Shown: in pieces, positions 25,208-34,865 of the stretch
How positions within the stretch are numbered: position 1 is the first letter of the stretch
Layout of the letters: each line of letters starts with the position of its first letter
Source: Candidatus Levybacteria bacterium RIFCSPHIGHO2_01_FULL_41_15
GTDB lineage: Bacteria > Patescibacteriota > Microgenomatia > Levybacterales > UBA12049
Assembly (NCBI GenBank): GCA_001782165.1
Contig: MFNV01000008.1
Coordinates: 1 to 54,400 of the forward strand
DNA: 54,400 nucleotides
Direction: 5' to 3'
Position numbers and translations under genes: made by a program
Notes under the pieces: generated by a model
What the model saw: the letters and a program-made list of their open reading frames with translations, nothing else
The model's database searches: none
Told to the model about the DNA's origin: nothing

Positions 25208-25283
25208 AATAAATTGAAATTATATTACAAAGAAAACAAATATGCTATACTCGAATTACCCTTCGACAAGCTCAGGACAGGTT

Positions 25284-26555
25284 ATGAAATATTCGAAATT
25301 ATTCGGAAAAACAGTCAGAGAAGCCCCAAAAGATGAGACTTCGGTAAATGCCCGATTATTAATTCAAGCCGGATTTATCCGAAAAGAAGTCGCAGGAGTC
25401 TATAATTTTTTACCTTTGGGACTTAGGGTTCTTACTAAAATCGCAAATATTGTCAGGGAAGAAATGAATAACGTCCAAGCTCAAGAGCTTTACCTCTCGG
25501 CTCTTCAGAAGAAAGAAAGCTGGGAAAGAACAGGACGCTGGGGAAACTTTGATGCTCTGTTTAAACTTACAAGCAATTTTGAAAAGGAATATGCATTGGG
25601 ACCGACTCATGAAGAGGTTCTTGTTCCGATCGTTTCAGAATTTGTTTCCTCTTATAAAGATTTGCCGCTTTATCTTTATCAAATCCAGACTAAATTTAGA
25701 GACGAAAAAAGGGCAAAAGCAGGGCTTTTAAGAGGCAGGGAATTTTTAATGAAAGATCTTTACTCGTTTCACGAGAGCGAAAAAGATTTAGTGGCCTATT
25801 ATGAACTGATGAAAAAAGTCTATAAGAAGACTTTTTCAAGATTGGGACTTGACGCTATAGAAACACTCGCCTCAGGCGGAACATTTTCCAAATTTTCTCA
25901 CGAGTTTCAAATAGTTTGCGAGTCAGGTGAGGATGAGATTATTTACTGCCCCGGCGGTGATTTCTCGCAGAATTCCGAAATTGCAAAAGTTGCGGAGGGT
26001 AAACAGTGTGACTTAGGTCACGGGCCACTTAAAAGAGCAAAAACCATAGAAGTCGGGAACATTTTTCTCTTAAAAGATAAATTCTCTAAAGCTTTCAATC
26101 TTAGATTTAAGGATAAGAAAGGTGCCCAGAAGTACGTTGTTATGGGTTGTTATGGAATTGGGATTTCAAGAGTAATGGGAGCAATTGTTGAGGTTCACAA
26201 TGATGAGCGAGGAATTGTGTGGCCTTTATCTGTCTCTCCGTTTGACGCGTATTTAATAGTTTTGGGAGATGCAAAAGAACACGCAGAGAAAACTTATTCC
26301 GAATTAAAAAAAGCCGGAATTGATGTTCTTTACGATGATAGAGACATATCGGCCGGGGAAAAGTTTGCAGATGCTGATCTAATAGGGATCCCCATTCGAT
26401 TGGTAGTTTCGGAGAGGTCCCTTCGACAGGCTTCCTCCAGAGGTGGACAAGCAGGGCAAGCAGGCGGTAAAATTGAATTTAAAAAAAGAACCGAAGAAAA
26501 AATAGAACTTTTAGGCTTTAAGGATGTAATTAAAAATCTAAGGCAGGAAGGGTAG
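25284..26555 (+). CDS. proS: Prolyl-tRNA synthetase, compact form lacking the editing insertion
   Basis: LLIQAGFI, LGPTHEE, RDEKR...LLRGREFLMKD, EVGNIF, GCYGIGISR. Likely start ATG 25284. Confidence 0.96.
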   Translation: MKYSKLFGKTVREAPKDETSVNARLLIQAGFIRKEVAGVYNFLPLGLRVLTKIANIVREEMNNVQAQELYLSALQKKESWERTGRWGNFDALFKLTSNFEKEYALGPTHEEVLVPIVSEFVSSYKDLPLYLYQIQTKFRDEKRAKAGLLRGREFLMKDLYSFHESEKDLVAYYELMKKVYKKTFSRLGLDAIETLASGGTFSKFSHEFQIVCESGEDEIIYCPGGDFSQNSEIAKVAEGKQCDLGHGPLKRAKTIEVGNIFLLKDKFSKAFNLRFKDKKGAQKYVVMGCYGIGISRVMGAIVEVHNDERGIVWPLSVSPFDAYLIVLGDAKEHAEKTYSELKKAGIDVLYDDRDISAGEKFADADLIGIPIRLVVSERSLRQASSRGGQAGQAGGKIEFKKRTEEKIELLGFKDVIKNLRQEG

Positions 26556-26789
26556 TTTTAGTCCAAATAGTATTATCCAAACGAGAGCGTAGACCAAGAG
26601 AAAAAGAACAGCCGATACTGCGATCAAAACAGGAGATGCCCCGATTTTCTTAACTGCTACTATCTTTTGAGAGGCCTGAGAAGAAGTCTCTAGGGGTGAG
26701 GATTGAAGAGGCGAGACTGTTGTCCCCATCACTTTTTCATAAGTTTCTTTAAGCCGGGGGTCAAGGTTTTGGGCGGTTTTAGGATTCAT
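26538..26789 (-). CDS. Small membrane protein with a C-terminal TM helix
   Basis: ATG start, hydrophobic C-terminus, upstream TTGACA. Confidence 0.65.
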   Translation of the reverse strand: MNPKTAQNLDPRLKETYEKVMGTTVSPLQSSPLETSSQASQKIVAVKKIGASPVLIAVSAVLFLLVYALVWIILFGLKLPFLP

Positions 26790-27041
26790 AGTCTATAAAT
26801 ATAATGGTTTATTCTTCTCTTTTTGTCAACCCCGCAGCTTCTTCAAGGAATCGCCTCGAACCTTTTCGTCAAATACTAATATATCAGTATAATAGTAATG
26901 GTTTGTTGTTGTCCTTTGTCTAAGTAAACTCCTATTTTAAAAATATAAAGGTTAACATATCATATCTTATGTCTTTTTTTCTTCTTTTAAAAAATGTATA
27001 CTAGTCGAAAGTCAAAAGGCAAAACCTAAGAACTCAAAAGT

Positions 27042-28034
27042 ATGAAATATATTGTAACTCATTCATCGCCGGATTTGGATGCAATAACTTCCGTGTGGCT
27101 TATAAAAAGATTTTTACAAGGCTGGGAAGATGCGGTTTGCCAATTCGTTCCTGCCGGAGAACGAAGCGGCAATGGCAAATGGCAAATGGCAAATGGCAAA
27201 TCTCCAATAGAGAAGATTGGGGATGATGAGATTATTCATGTTGATACGGGACTTGGGCCATTGGATCATCATCAAACAGCTGATACTAATGTTTGTGCGG
27301 CAAGCCTCACGCTTGATTTCATCAAGCGAACAATCAACAATCAACAATCAACAATCAACAAGGAAAAACTCGAGGCACTCAAAAGAATGGTTAAAGTGGT
27401 TGTGGATATAGACCATTTTAAAGAGGTTTTTTGGAAAGATCCGACGGCGGATTATCATGAGTTTTCTTTGGTCGGAATATTGGACGGACTTAAAGTGATG
27501 AAGCCTGATCAGGATGATTATTATCTTAAGTTTGTTATGCAGTGTCTTGATGCCATCCTTCATCAATTTGAAAATAGGATTTGGGCAGAACAGGAAATTA
27601 AAGATAACGGGAAAGTTTTTAATACGAGATTCGGTAAAGGAATCGGTTTTGAAACAATAAATGATACGGTAATTAAGCTTTCCCAGAAGATGGGGTATGT
27701 GATTGCCGTAAGAAAAGATCCGAGAAAAGGGTACGTGCGCGTGAAGGCGATGCCTTCACAAGCTCAAAACTCAAAACTCGTGCCGCCGGCAAAGCCTTCT
27801 CGCCGTCGCGAAGCCTCGCTATGGCGGAGCGCGGTGGCGACGCTCGGCAAAACTCAAGACTCGGATATAGATCTAACTTTAGCTTATGAAAAACTTAAGA
27901 AGATGGACCCTGAGGCTACATGGTTTTTACATGTGGGGAGAAAAATGCTTCTGAACGGTTCTGTAAAAAATCCCAAAATGAGACCAACCAAGCTGTCTTT
28001 AAGTGATATAATAAAAGTTCTAGAAAAGATTTAA
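27042..28034 (+). CDS. DHH/MYG1-like metal-dependent hydrolase with three repeat-derived insertions
   Basis: VTHSSPDLDA, HVDTG, LDHHQ. Confidence 0.72.
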   Translation: MKYIVTHSSPDLDAITSVWLIKRFLQGWEDAVCQFVPAGERSGNGKWQMANGKSPIEKIGDDEIIHVDTGLGPLDHHQTADTNVCAASLTLDFIKRTINNQQSTINKEKLEALKRMVKVVVDIDHFKEVFWKDPTADYHEFSLVGILDGLKVMKPDQDDYYLKFVMQCLDAILHQFENRIWAEQEIKDNGKVFNTRFGKGIGFETINDTVIKLSQKMGYVIAVRKDPRKGYVRVKAMPSQAQNSKLVPPAKPSRRREASLWRSAVATLGKTQDSDIDLTLAYEKLKKMDPEATWFLHVGRKMLLNGSVKNPKMRPTKLSLSDIIKVLEKI

Positions 28035-28194
28035 GATTACAAATTATGAATTATGAATAAAATCATAAATCCAAAATTTCAAATCACAAATAAATCCAAA
28101 ATCTAAAATTCAAATATCAAAACTGTTTTGAATTTTTATAATTTGAAATTGGATATTATTTAGAATTTGGTGCTTTGGATTTGAGATTTAGCGT
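28035..28194. repeat. Composite heptamer inverted-arm intergenic element
   Basis: AAATCCAAAATTTCAAATCACAAAT ... ATTTAGAATTTGGTGCTTTGGATTT. Confidence 0.85.
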
Positions 28195-28524
28195 ATGAAA
28201 GGTTGTATTTTTTGTAAAATAGCCGTTCGGAAGACACCCAAAAAGTTCATATATGAAGATGATGAAATTATGGCCTTTCCCGACATAAATCCCATAGCTC
28301 CTGTCCATATTTTAATTGTTCCCAAGAAACATGTACCAGATTTTATGGATCTTGAAGAAGATAAAATATTCAGTAAATTAAGGAAGGTTGCCCAGAAAAT
28401 TGTTAAAAAACATGGACTTGAGGGTAAAGGTTTTAGAATTACAATAAATGCGGGGGGAGCCCAAATTGTAGATCATCTCCATCTTCATCTAATAGGGCCT
28501 CTGGGAAAAGCCGCGAAAATGTAG
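28195..28524 (+). CDS. HIT-family (HINT) nucleotide hydrolase
   Basis: CIFCKI, AFPDINP.AP.HILIVPK, HLHLH. Confidence 0.95.
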   Translation: MKGCIFCKIAVRKTPKKFIYEDDEIMAFPDINPIAPVHILIVPKKHVPDFMDLEEDKIFSKLRKVAQKIVKKHGLEGKGFRITINAGGAQIVDHLHLHLIGPLGKAAKM

Positions 28525-28720
28525 TAAAATACAGTAAGCATTGGAATTAAATCGCTCGGAACTAAATTTTTTCTTGGACCCGCAGTTCGCTTGTCGTCCT
28601 TCGAAAAAATTTGTTCCTCACTTTGATTAAGAAATTTTTTTCAATTTATTTCATTCTTTGGAATTTGAAATTATTTAGAATTTAGGATTTCGAATTTAGA
28701 ATTTTTTAAAGGAGGTGTTT

Positions 28721-28903
28721 ATGGTAATTGTTAAAAAAATGCCGGGAGAAAGCGATGAATCGCTTATCCGTAAATTTTCAAGAAAAGTTATAGCCGGAGG
28801 AATAATTCAGGAGGCAAAAAGACGAGAATTTTATCTTAAGCCCTCACTTGCACGAAAACATAAGCAGGAAGAGGCAAGACGGATGAAGAAAACATGGAGT
28901 TGA
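28721..28903 (+). CDS. rpsU: 30S ribosomal protein S21
   Basis: GES.ESLIRKF.RK, KRREFY.KPS. SD GGAGGTG precedes ATG 28721. Confidence 0.92.
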   Translation: MVIVKKMPGESDESLIRKFSRKVIAGGIIQEAKRREFYLKPSLARKHKQEEARRMKKTWS

Positions 28904-28904
28904 T

Positions 28905-29291
28905 ATGGCAGAAATTCAAGTCCCCATTTTTGTCGAAAGCAGATACAAAATAAGCCGAAAAAAAATAAGATCTTTGGTAGAGAATCTTCTGAACATGCAT
29001 GGCGTTGCGGGGAAAGTCGAAGTGTCCGTTGCAATCGTCGGGGACCGAAAGATGAGAGAACTTTCCCGCAAATACAAAGGAGAGGATAAAACCCGAAATG
29101 TACTTTCTTTCTCCCAAACCGAAGGTGGGCCGAATTATTCTCCTTCGGAAGCTCTTTTCTTAGGTGACGTTGTTATTTCATATCCTGAAGTTATAAAAGA
29201 GGCAACCAAAGAAGAGGTTTTGGTAGACGATAAGATAAATGAACTTGTAGAGCATGGAATAATGCATTTGCTTGGGATTAACCATGAATAA
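28905..29291 (+). CDS. ybeY: rRNA maturation endoribonuclease
   Basis: YKGEDKTRNVLSF, LGDVVIS, HGIMHLLGINH. Confidence 0.93.
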   Translation: MAEIQVPIFVESRYKISRKKIRSLVENLLNMHGVAGKVEVSVAIVGDRKMRELSRKYKGEDKTRNVLSFSQTEGGPNYSPSEALFLGDVVISYPEVIKEATKEEVLVDDKINELVEHGIMHLLGINHE

Positions 29292-29390
29292 TAAATCCAA
29301 AATTACAAATCCCAAATCACAAATAAATTCAAATATATAAATAACTAAATTCAAAATTTTTAGGATTTGGATATTGGAATTTAGGATTTG
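29292..29390. repeat. Composite heptamer inverted-arm intergenic element
   Basis: AAATCCAAAATTACAAATCCCAAAT ... TTAGGATTTGGATATTGGAATTTAGGATTT. Confidence 0.8.
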
Positions 29391-29404
29391 AAGCGGAGCG
29401 ACAT

Positions 29405-30931
29405 ATGGTTTTTTACCGCAAATACAGGCCAAGGAATTTGGAAGAGCTGGATAGCCTTGATGTCCGGGGAAAACTTAGGACTATCTTATCAAGGCCTTCT
29501 GTGCATGCACTTTTGCTCACGGGGCCAAAAGGACTTGGTAAAACTTCAGCGGCAAGGATCGTTGCTAAAGTCTTAAACTGCGAAAAATTAAACCTAAGTC
29601 CGAAGTCCAAAGTCCGAAATCTGGAAATTGAGCCTTGCAACAAATGTCCCCAGTGCATATCTATTACAAACGGCAATAATATTGACGTTTTAGAAATAGA
29701 CGGAGCATCAAACAGAGGGATAGATGAGATAAGAGATCTTAGGGAAAAAGTAAGACTTTCTCCGGCTTACGCCAGAAAAAAAGTATACATAATCGATGAG
29801 GTCCACATGCTAACAACCGAGGCTTTTAACGCTCTTCTTAAGATTTTGGAAGAACCTCCTTCGCACGTGGTTTTTATACTCTGTACGACAGAGCCATACA
29901 AAGTCCCTCCAACAATAGCCTCGCGCTGTTTTCATGTAGCTCTTAAAAGAGCAAAGCTTGATGAGCTTGTAAGATCTTTAGAAAGAATTGTCAAGAATGA
30001 AAAGATAATAGCGGATAAGGATTCTTTGCTTGAAATCGCAGGACTCTCGGACGGAAGCTTTAGAGACGCTGCAAAGATTCTTGAAGAGGTTTTTGCAAAC
30101 GCGGGAAGAAAGAAAATCACCAAAGATCTTGTCTCCTCGATTTATCAAACTACAAATATTGTAAGCGTTGTTGATGAGTTTCTTAAATTTACAATTTTAA
30201 AAGATGTCAAAGGGGCTATCGGTTTTTTGGGAAAACTTTCTTCCTCGGGAATGGACATGAAGTATTTATCAGAACAAATCATTTCAAGAATTCATGAATT
30301 TCTCCTTGAGAAGGTGGGAGTTTCAAAGGAAAAGTCCGACCTTTCGGAAAGTCTTGAGATTACTAAGATAAAAGAGCTTGCCGAAATATTTACTTTAGCA
30401 AATTCCAAAATAAAATATGCGGTTTTGCCGCAGTTGCCTTTGGAACTTGCAATCATTGAGTGGGTTGACTTAGGAGACGTTCGTAGTGAGGGCGCTGAGG
30501 TCGTTCGGGTTTCATTAAAGACTCGGCAAACACATGTTGAGAATGATGCTCATTTGGGTTTGTCAAAAAAACAAAGTTTACCCCACTCGCTAAATGAAAG
30601 CCTTTCTAAAAGTTTAAATAAGAAAAGCAAGAAGGATCCGACGGCTTTCAGTTCATTCTCAAATGGTTTGCCTTCGTCTTCTGTAAGGCCAACAAATCGG
30701 GATATCCTTTCGGAGTTGATTAATAGAGTCAAAACCAAAAACCATTCGCTGGCGGGAATTTTGAGGGGCTGTATTTTGGAAAGTTATAACGGTAAGAGAT
30801 TTGTTATAGGAACCAAATTCAAATTTCATAAAGAAAAACTCCAAGACCGTAAGGTCAGAGGAATTCTGGAAAATGCACTTAGGGAAACTTTGGGAAAGAG
30901 AATTCCTATCTCAATTGTACAAAAATCTTAG
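29405..30931 (+). CDS. dnaX: DNA polymerase III subunit gamma/tau
   Basis: YRKYRP, GPKGLGKT, EIDGASNRGIDEIR, IIDEVHML..EAFNALLK, SRC, GSFRDA. Confidence 0.97.
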   Translation: MVFYRKYRPRNLEELDSLDVRGKLRTILSRPSVHALLLTGPKGLGKTSAARIVAKVLNCEKLNLSPKSKVRNLEIEPCNKCPQCISITNGNNIDVLEIDGASNRGIDEIRDLREKVRLSPAYARKKVYIIDEVHMLTTEAFNALLKILEEPPSHVVFILCTTEPYKVPPTIASRCFHVALKRAKLDELVRSLERIVKNEKIIADKDSLLEIAGLSDGSFRDAAKILEEVFANAGRKKITKDLVSSIYQTTNIVSVVDEFLKFTILKDVKGAIGFLGKLSSSGMDMKYLSEQIISRIHEFLLEKVGVSKEKSDLSESLEITKIKELAEIFTLANSKIKYAVLPQLPLELAIIEWVDLGDVRSEGAEVVRVSLKTRQTHVENDAHLGLSKKQSLPHSLNESLSKSLNKKSKKDPTAFSSFSNGLPSSSVRPTNRDILSELINRVKTKNHSLAGILRGCILESYNGKRFVIGTKFKFHKEKLQDRKVRGILENALRETLGKRIPISIVQKS

Positions 30932-31022
30932 CCCGCCTTATCTTGCTTTGCGGCTTTTCATCCGCCAGCTGGCGGAACGCCGCAAAGAGCGATTGTTCGG
31001 CGGGCAAGGGGGGTGATTTTTT

Positions 31023-31298
31023 ATGAACATGTTTCAAAAGTTTGCGGATCTTAAGAAAATGAGAGATCAGGCAATGCAGATTCAGCGCGAGCTTCAAGCT
31101 GAGGAGGTAAGTGTTTCAAAGCATGGAGTCGATATAGTCATTACCGGCGATCAAAACATAAAATCGCTTAATACCAACGGTAAGGGAGACGATGATATTA
31201 AAGATGCAATAAATGAAGCTATTAAAGAATCTCAAAAGGTCGCCGCCAAAAAACTTCAGCAAATGGGAGGAGGACTCCAAGGTCTCCTCGGCGGGTGA
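31023..31298 (+). CDS. ybaB: YbaB/EbfC nucleoid-associated protein
   Basis: QAMQIQREL..EEV, ITGDQ.I, AINEA; position after dnaX. Confidence 0.88.
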   Translation: MNMFQKFADLKKMRDQAMQIQRELQAEEVSVSKHGVDIVITGDQNIKSLNTNGKGDDDIKDAINEAIKESQKVAAKKLQQMGGGLQGLLGG

Positions 31299-31363
31299 AA
31301 AGGTCTAATAACTCCGTAAGTTTGACTTCCGAACTGGTCTTGTCTATACTATAAGTCATTCTT

Positions 31364-32494
31364 ATGGGAAGAAACGAAAGATTGCCGGTGGGAAATCCGG
31401 AAGAACTTAAAATTATAAAAGTACAGGAGAGCAATTCTGCGGTAGACCTTATTGACAATCAGACCGGTGTTATTTTTGGTGCCTCGAATTTTAACGCAGA
31501 TTCATCTTTTTCCAATCAAAGAGGACTAGAAAACGAATTGGTCTTATACACTACCGTGGGAGAACAAGTAAGAAACCCTTATCTAACAAGCGATGCTCCG
31601 TTTGAAAAGACACGACTTATGAAAAGGATAGAGAAGATGCGTAAATTTCAAGGAAGAGGAATTCAGGAAATTCTACTTGATTTATACTGGGGGGAGGAGA
31701 AGAAAAGGACTTTGGCTGAAGTTGGTGGACAGATTAGAATAAAAAGTAAAGCTGCTGTTTCTAGGCTTTTGAAAGCGTGCCATATCCGCGTTAGGACACA
31801 TTCTGAAGCGACTATTTTGGCTTTGCAGAATCCCGCAAGGAGAACAAATCATCGGAATTCATTTGTGGAGACTTGGGAGGGAAAAGTGGAGAGATGGAAA
31901 AAACAGGCATTGGGAGATACAGAAAAAGAGCAGAGACGAAACTTAAGACGATTGTACAGAAAAGAAGGAAATATCCAGGGGGTGGTAAAAAGACTTAGGG
32001 AAAGTGGGATAGAGGCAGGAAGAGCACTTGTGACAAGATGGATAGATGAGTTAGGGGTTAATGTTTTTAATAAAATTACTGCCGGAATGCTCGTGAGAGA
32101 AGCAGAGAGAAAAGGTTGGATAAATGAATTGACTCCAAGAGAAAGAGAGGTTTTGGTAGAACTATACCCTAAAGGAGGATTTAGAAAGGGCAAAGCTAAA
32201 CTCTTGAGGGAAGTTGCTGAGAAAATAGGGGTCGGAACAAGAGAAAGGGTAAGGAAATTAGAAGAAAATGCTCTTGCCAAGCTTAAAAGATTAAAGAAAG
32301 GCGAAGATATTAAGAAAAGGAGAGGAAAAAGAATTAAAATTAGCCAAGCTTTGCTTAGAAAGCTTCATCAAAAGATGTCTGGACCAAAGATAGCAGAATT
32401 ATTAGGCGTCTCTCAAGGCATTATTTACAGTAGGCTAAGGAAGGATGAGGAGGTTTCAATAAGACCACCAGGAGGAAGGAGAAAGGCGTCGTAA
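31364..32494 (+). CDS. Basic protein with about four tandem HTH modules, one resembling sigma70 region 4
   Basis: LTPREREVLVELY...LREVAEKIGVGTRERVRKLEENALAKLK, plus RTLAEVG...VSRLL and SGPKIAELLGVSQGIIYSRL. Confidence 0.7.
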   Translation: MGRNERLPVGNPEELKIIKVQESNSAVDLIDNQTGVIFGASNFNADSSFSNQRGLENELVLYTTVGEQVRNPYLTSDAPFEKTRLMKRIEKMRKFQGRGIQEILLDLYWGEEKKRTLAEVGGQIRIKSKAAVSRLLKACHIRVRTHSEATILALQNPARRTNHRNSFVETWEGKVERWKKQALGDTEKEQRRNLRRLYRKEGNIQGVVKRLRESGIEAGRALVTRWIDELGVNVFNKITAGMLVREAERKGWINELTPREREVLVELYPKGGFRKGKAKLLREVAEKIGVGTRERVRKLEENALAKLKRLKKGEDIKKRRGKRIKISQALLRKLHQKMSGPKIAELLGVSQGIIYSRLRKDEEVSIRPPGGRRKAS

Positions 32495-32540
32495 TCTTTT
32501 TGTTGATTCTCTCCTTGTCTAAATAGTACAATTGAAGTTG

Positions 32541-33554
32541 ATGAAGATTTTTTCCGGCTCTTCCAATAAACCCTTAACTGCTAAAATCGCAAAAGAGTTA
32601 GATCTGAAATTATCCGATACTGAGATTTTCATTTTCCCCGACGGAGAGAGAAGGGTAAGAATTTTAGAAAATGTTGTTGATGAGGATGTTGTAGTTATCC
32701 AGACAACATCTCCCAATCCCGACACTTATTATATAGAGTTGTTTTTTCTCGTTGATGCGGCTAAAAGATCAGGAGCAAAATCAATTACCGCAATAGTTCC
32801 ATATCTTGGCTACCAAAGACAGGATCATGTCTTCAGAGAAGGTGAGGCTGTGTCTTTGGAGGTTATTATCGAAACTTTGGAGGCAGTCGGTATGGACCGG
32901 CTTATAACTTTGGATCTTCACTCGATAAAGATTCCCGAACTTTTTAAAATTTCTATTGTTCATCTTTCCGCCCTTCCTATTTTTGCAGAAAAGATTAGGC
33001 AGTTATCGGTTCTCGGTAATCAGTTGTCAGAAACGGGTCGGTCGGTTATCGGTTCATCAGTTCAGACAAACAGAAGACAGATAAACCAGAATCCGAAAAC
33101 AGAAAACAGAAAACCGACAACAGATTGTCTTTTGGTTTCTCCGGACATGGGAGGAATTAGAAGAATTAAGATTTTATCAGAGCTTCTTTTTGATGCTCCT
33201 TTTGTTTCTGTGGTAAAAGACCGGGATCTTAAGACGGGAGAAGTAAAATCCAGTCGGTTTGATAGAGATTTGGGGTTTAAAAAAGATAAAAAAAGGGCTA
33301 TCATAGTGGATGATATGATTTCAACCGGAAGGACAATAAAGGCAGCCTGTGATCTTGTTTGGTCAGCCGGAATAGAGGAAATCTATGTTTTCGCAACCCA
33401 CCCTGTTTTCTCAAACGATTACAAAAATATCTTACAAAACTCAAAAGCCGGGAAAATTTTTGTAACAGATACAATTGATGTCCCGGAAGAGAAGCGTTTT
33501 GGTAAACTTGAAATTCTCTCGGTTTCTAAAATGATTGCCGAAGAACTAAAATAG
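32541..33554 (+). CDS. prs: Ribose-phosphate pyrophosphokinase with a ~41-aa repeat-derived insertion
   Basis: FPDGE, PYLGYQRQD, LDLHS, VSPDMGG, VDDMISTG.T, ATHPVF. Confidence 0.96.
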   Translation: MKIFSGSSNKPLTAKIAKELDLKLSDTEIFIFPDGERRVRILENVVDEDVVVIQTTSPNPDTYYIELFFLVDAAKRSGAKSITAIVPYLGYQRQDHVFREGEAVSLEVIIETLEAVGMDRLITLDLHSIKIPELFKISIVHLSALPIFAEKIRQLSVLGNQLSETGRSVIGSSVQTNRRQINQNPKTENRKPTTDCLLVSPDMGGIRRIKILSELLFDAPFVSVVKDRDLKTGEVKSSRFDRDLGFKKDKKRAIIVDDMISTGRTIKAACDLVWSAGIEEIYVFATHPVFSNDYKNILQNSKAGKIFVTDTIDVPEEKRFGKLEILSVSKMIAEELK

Positions 33555-33624
33555 AATTGTTAAATTGTTCCATTGCTAAATTGCTGTTACAATTAAACAA
33601 TAGAGCAATCGAGCAATAGTTTTT

Positions 33625-34290
33625 ATGAGGATTCCAAAAGCAATACTAAATTTAATTGAATCTTTTGAGAAATTGCCGGGGATTGGTCCCAAGACTGCCC
33701 AAAGACTAACATTTTATCTCTTGCATGTCCCTCAGGGTGAATTGGATAAGTTCTCAGAATCAATACAAAATCTAAAAAAAGGAACAGTTTTATGTTCTGT
33801 GTGTTTTGCAGTGGGGGAAAAAGACCCCTGTCATATTTGCGCTGATGAGAAAAGAGATAAATCAATAATTTGTGTTGTTGAAGAGGCTCTTGATGTTTTC
33901 TCAATTGAAAGAAGCGGAAAATTTGGAGGTGTTTATCATGTTCTTCATGGAAGAATAGATCCTCTTAACAGTATAGGCCCTGATGAAATTTATATCAGCC
34001 AGCTTCTTCAAAGAGTCAAAGAGACATCAAACGGAGTCAAAAGAGTCAAAGAAATAATTTTGGCGACTAATCCTACTATGGAAGGGGAAGCAACTGCAAT
34101 GTATATCGCGAAGAAACTTCGTGAACAATCAACAATTAATAGGCAATCACCGCAAATGCGGGATCCCGCTGCGGCGGGACAATCAACAATTACACGTATT
34201 GGGCGGGGATTGCCGATGGGAGCAGATATTGAATATGCAGACGAAATAACTTTACAAAGAGCGCTTGAGGGGAGACAGGTTTATGAGTAA
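33625..34290 (+). CDS. recR: Recombination mediator RecR, with repeat insertions
   Basis: LPGIGPKTAQRL, C4 zinc finger, YHVLHG, ILATNPTMEGEATA, GADIEYAD. Confidence 0.97.
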   Translation: MRIPKAILNLIESFEKLPGIGPKTAQRLTFYLLHVPQGELDKFSESIQNLKKGTVLCSVCFAVGEKDPCHICADEKRDKSIICVVEEALDVFSIERSGKFGGVYHVLHGRIDPLNSIGPDEIYISQLLQRVKETSNGVKRVKEIILATNPTMEGEATAMYIAKKLREQSTINRQSPQMRDPAAAGQSTITRIGRGLPMGADIEYADEITLQRALEGRQVYE

Positions 34291-34774
34291 AAAAGGCGGA
34301 GTCTTAAGCTTAGAAGAGGCACTAGAAACCGGAGTTTCCATGGCAAAAAAATCTGCAAAAGCCGTTGTGGGAGCTGCGTCAGACGCGGGAAAAGCAGCCG
34401 GTTCTCAAATAACAGGAGTACAGGATAAAGATACGCAGGATATTGTAAATTCATTATACGCAGAAAGCGAGAAAGAGAAAGATAAGAGTCAAAGAGTCGA
34501 AGTTCAGGGCTCGAATGATCAGCCCGATAATACTCCCGAAGGCTTAGAAAAGAAGAAGAAACTTGCGCAGTTACGGCAACAACTTCATAATGAAGTTTAT
34601 TACGATCCTTTAGTAAATCCGTCTAAGCCTAAACAAGAAGAAAGGCCGGCGGAAAAAGTCGAAAAAGAAAAGCAGGAAGAAATGATTGGGCTTCAGGAAA
34701 AAAAGAAGAAGGAACCGCCGCCGCTTATCCAAAGACAGAAGACAAGGATTGAGAGACTACCCGGAGCAGGATAA
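34283..34774 (+). CDS. Hypothetical charged protein
   Basis: ATG 34283 overlaps the recR stop; low-complexity K/E/Q composition. Confidence 0.65.
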   Translation: MSKKGGVLSLEEALETGVSMAKKSAKAVVGAASDAGKAAGSQITGVQDKDTQDIVNSLYAESEKEKDKSQRVEVQGSNDQPDNTPEGLEKKKKLAQLRQQLHNEVYYDPLVNPSKPKQEERPAEKVEKEKQEEMIGLQEKKKKEPPPLIQRQKTRIERLPGAG

Positions 34775-34865
34775 AGTTCAATTTTCAATTTTTAATCAAA
34801 TCCAAATTTTTTAAATTTAAAACATTAAAAATTCAATAAAAATTTAAAATTTCAAATTTAAAATT

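Noticed and set aside
25242-25283. N-terminal extension of ProS (MLYSNYPSTSSGQV)
   Set aside because: Derived from a palindromic repeat upstream; ATG 25284 gives a typical ProS start.
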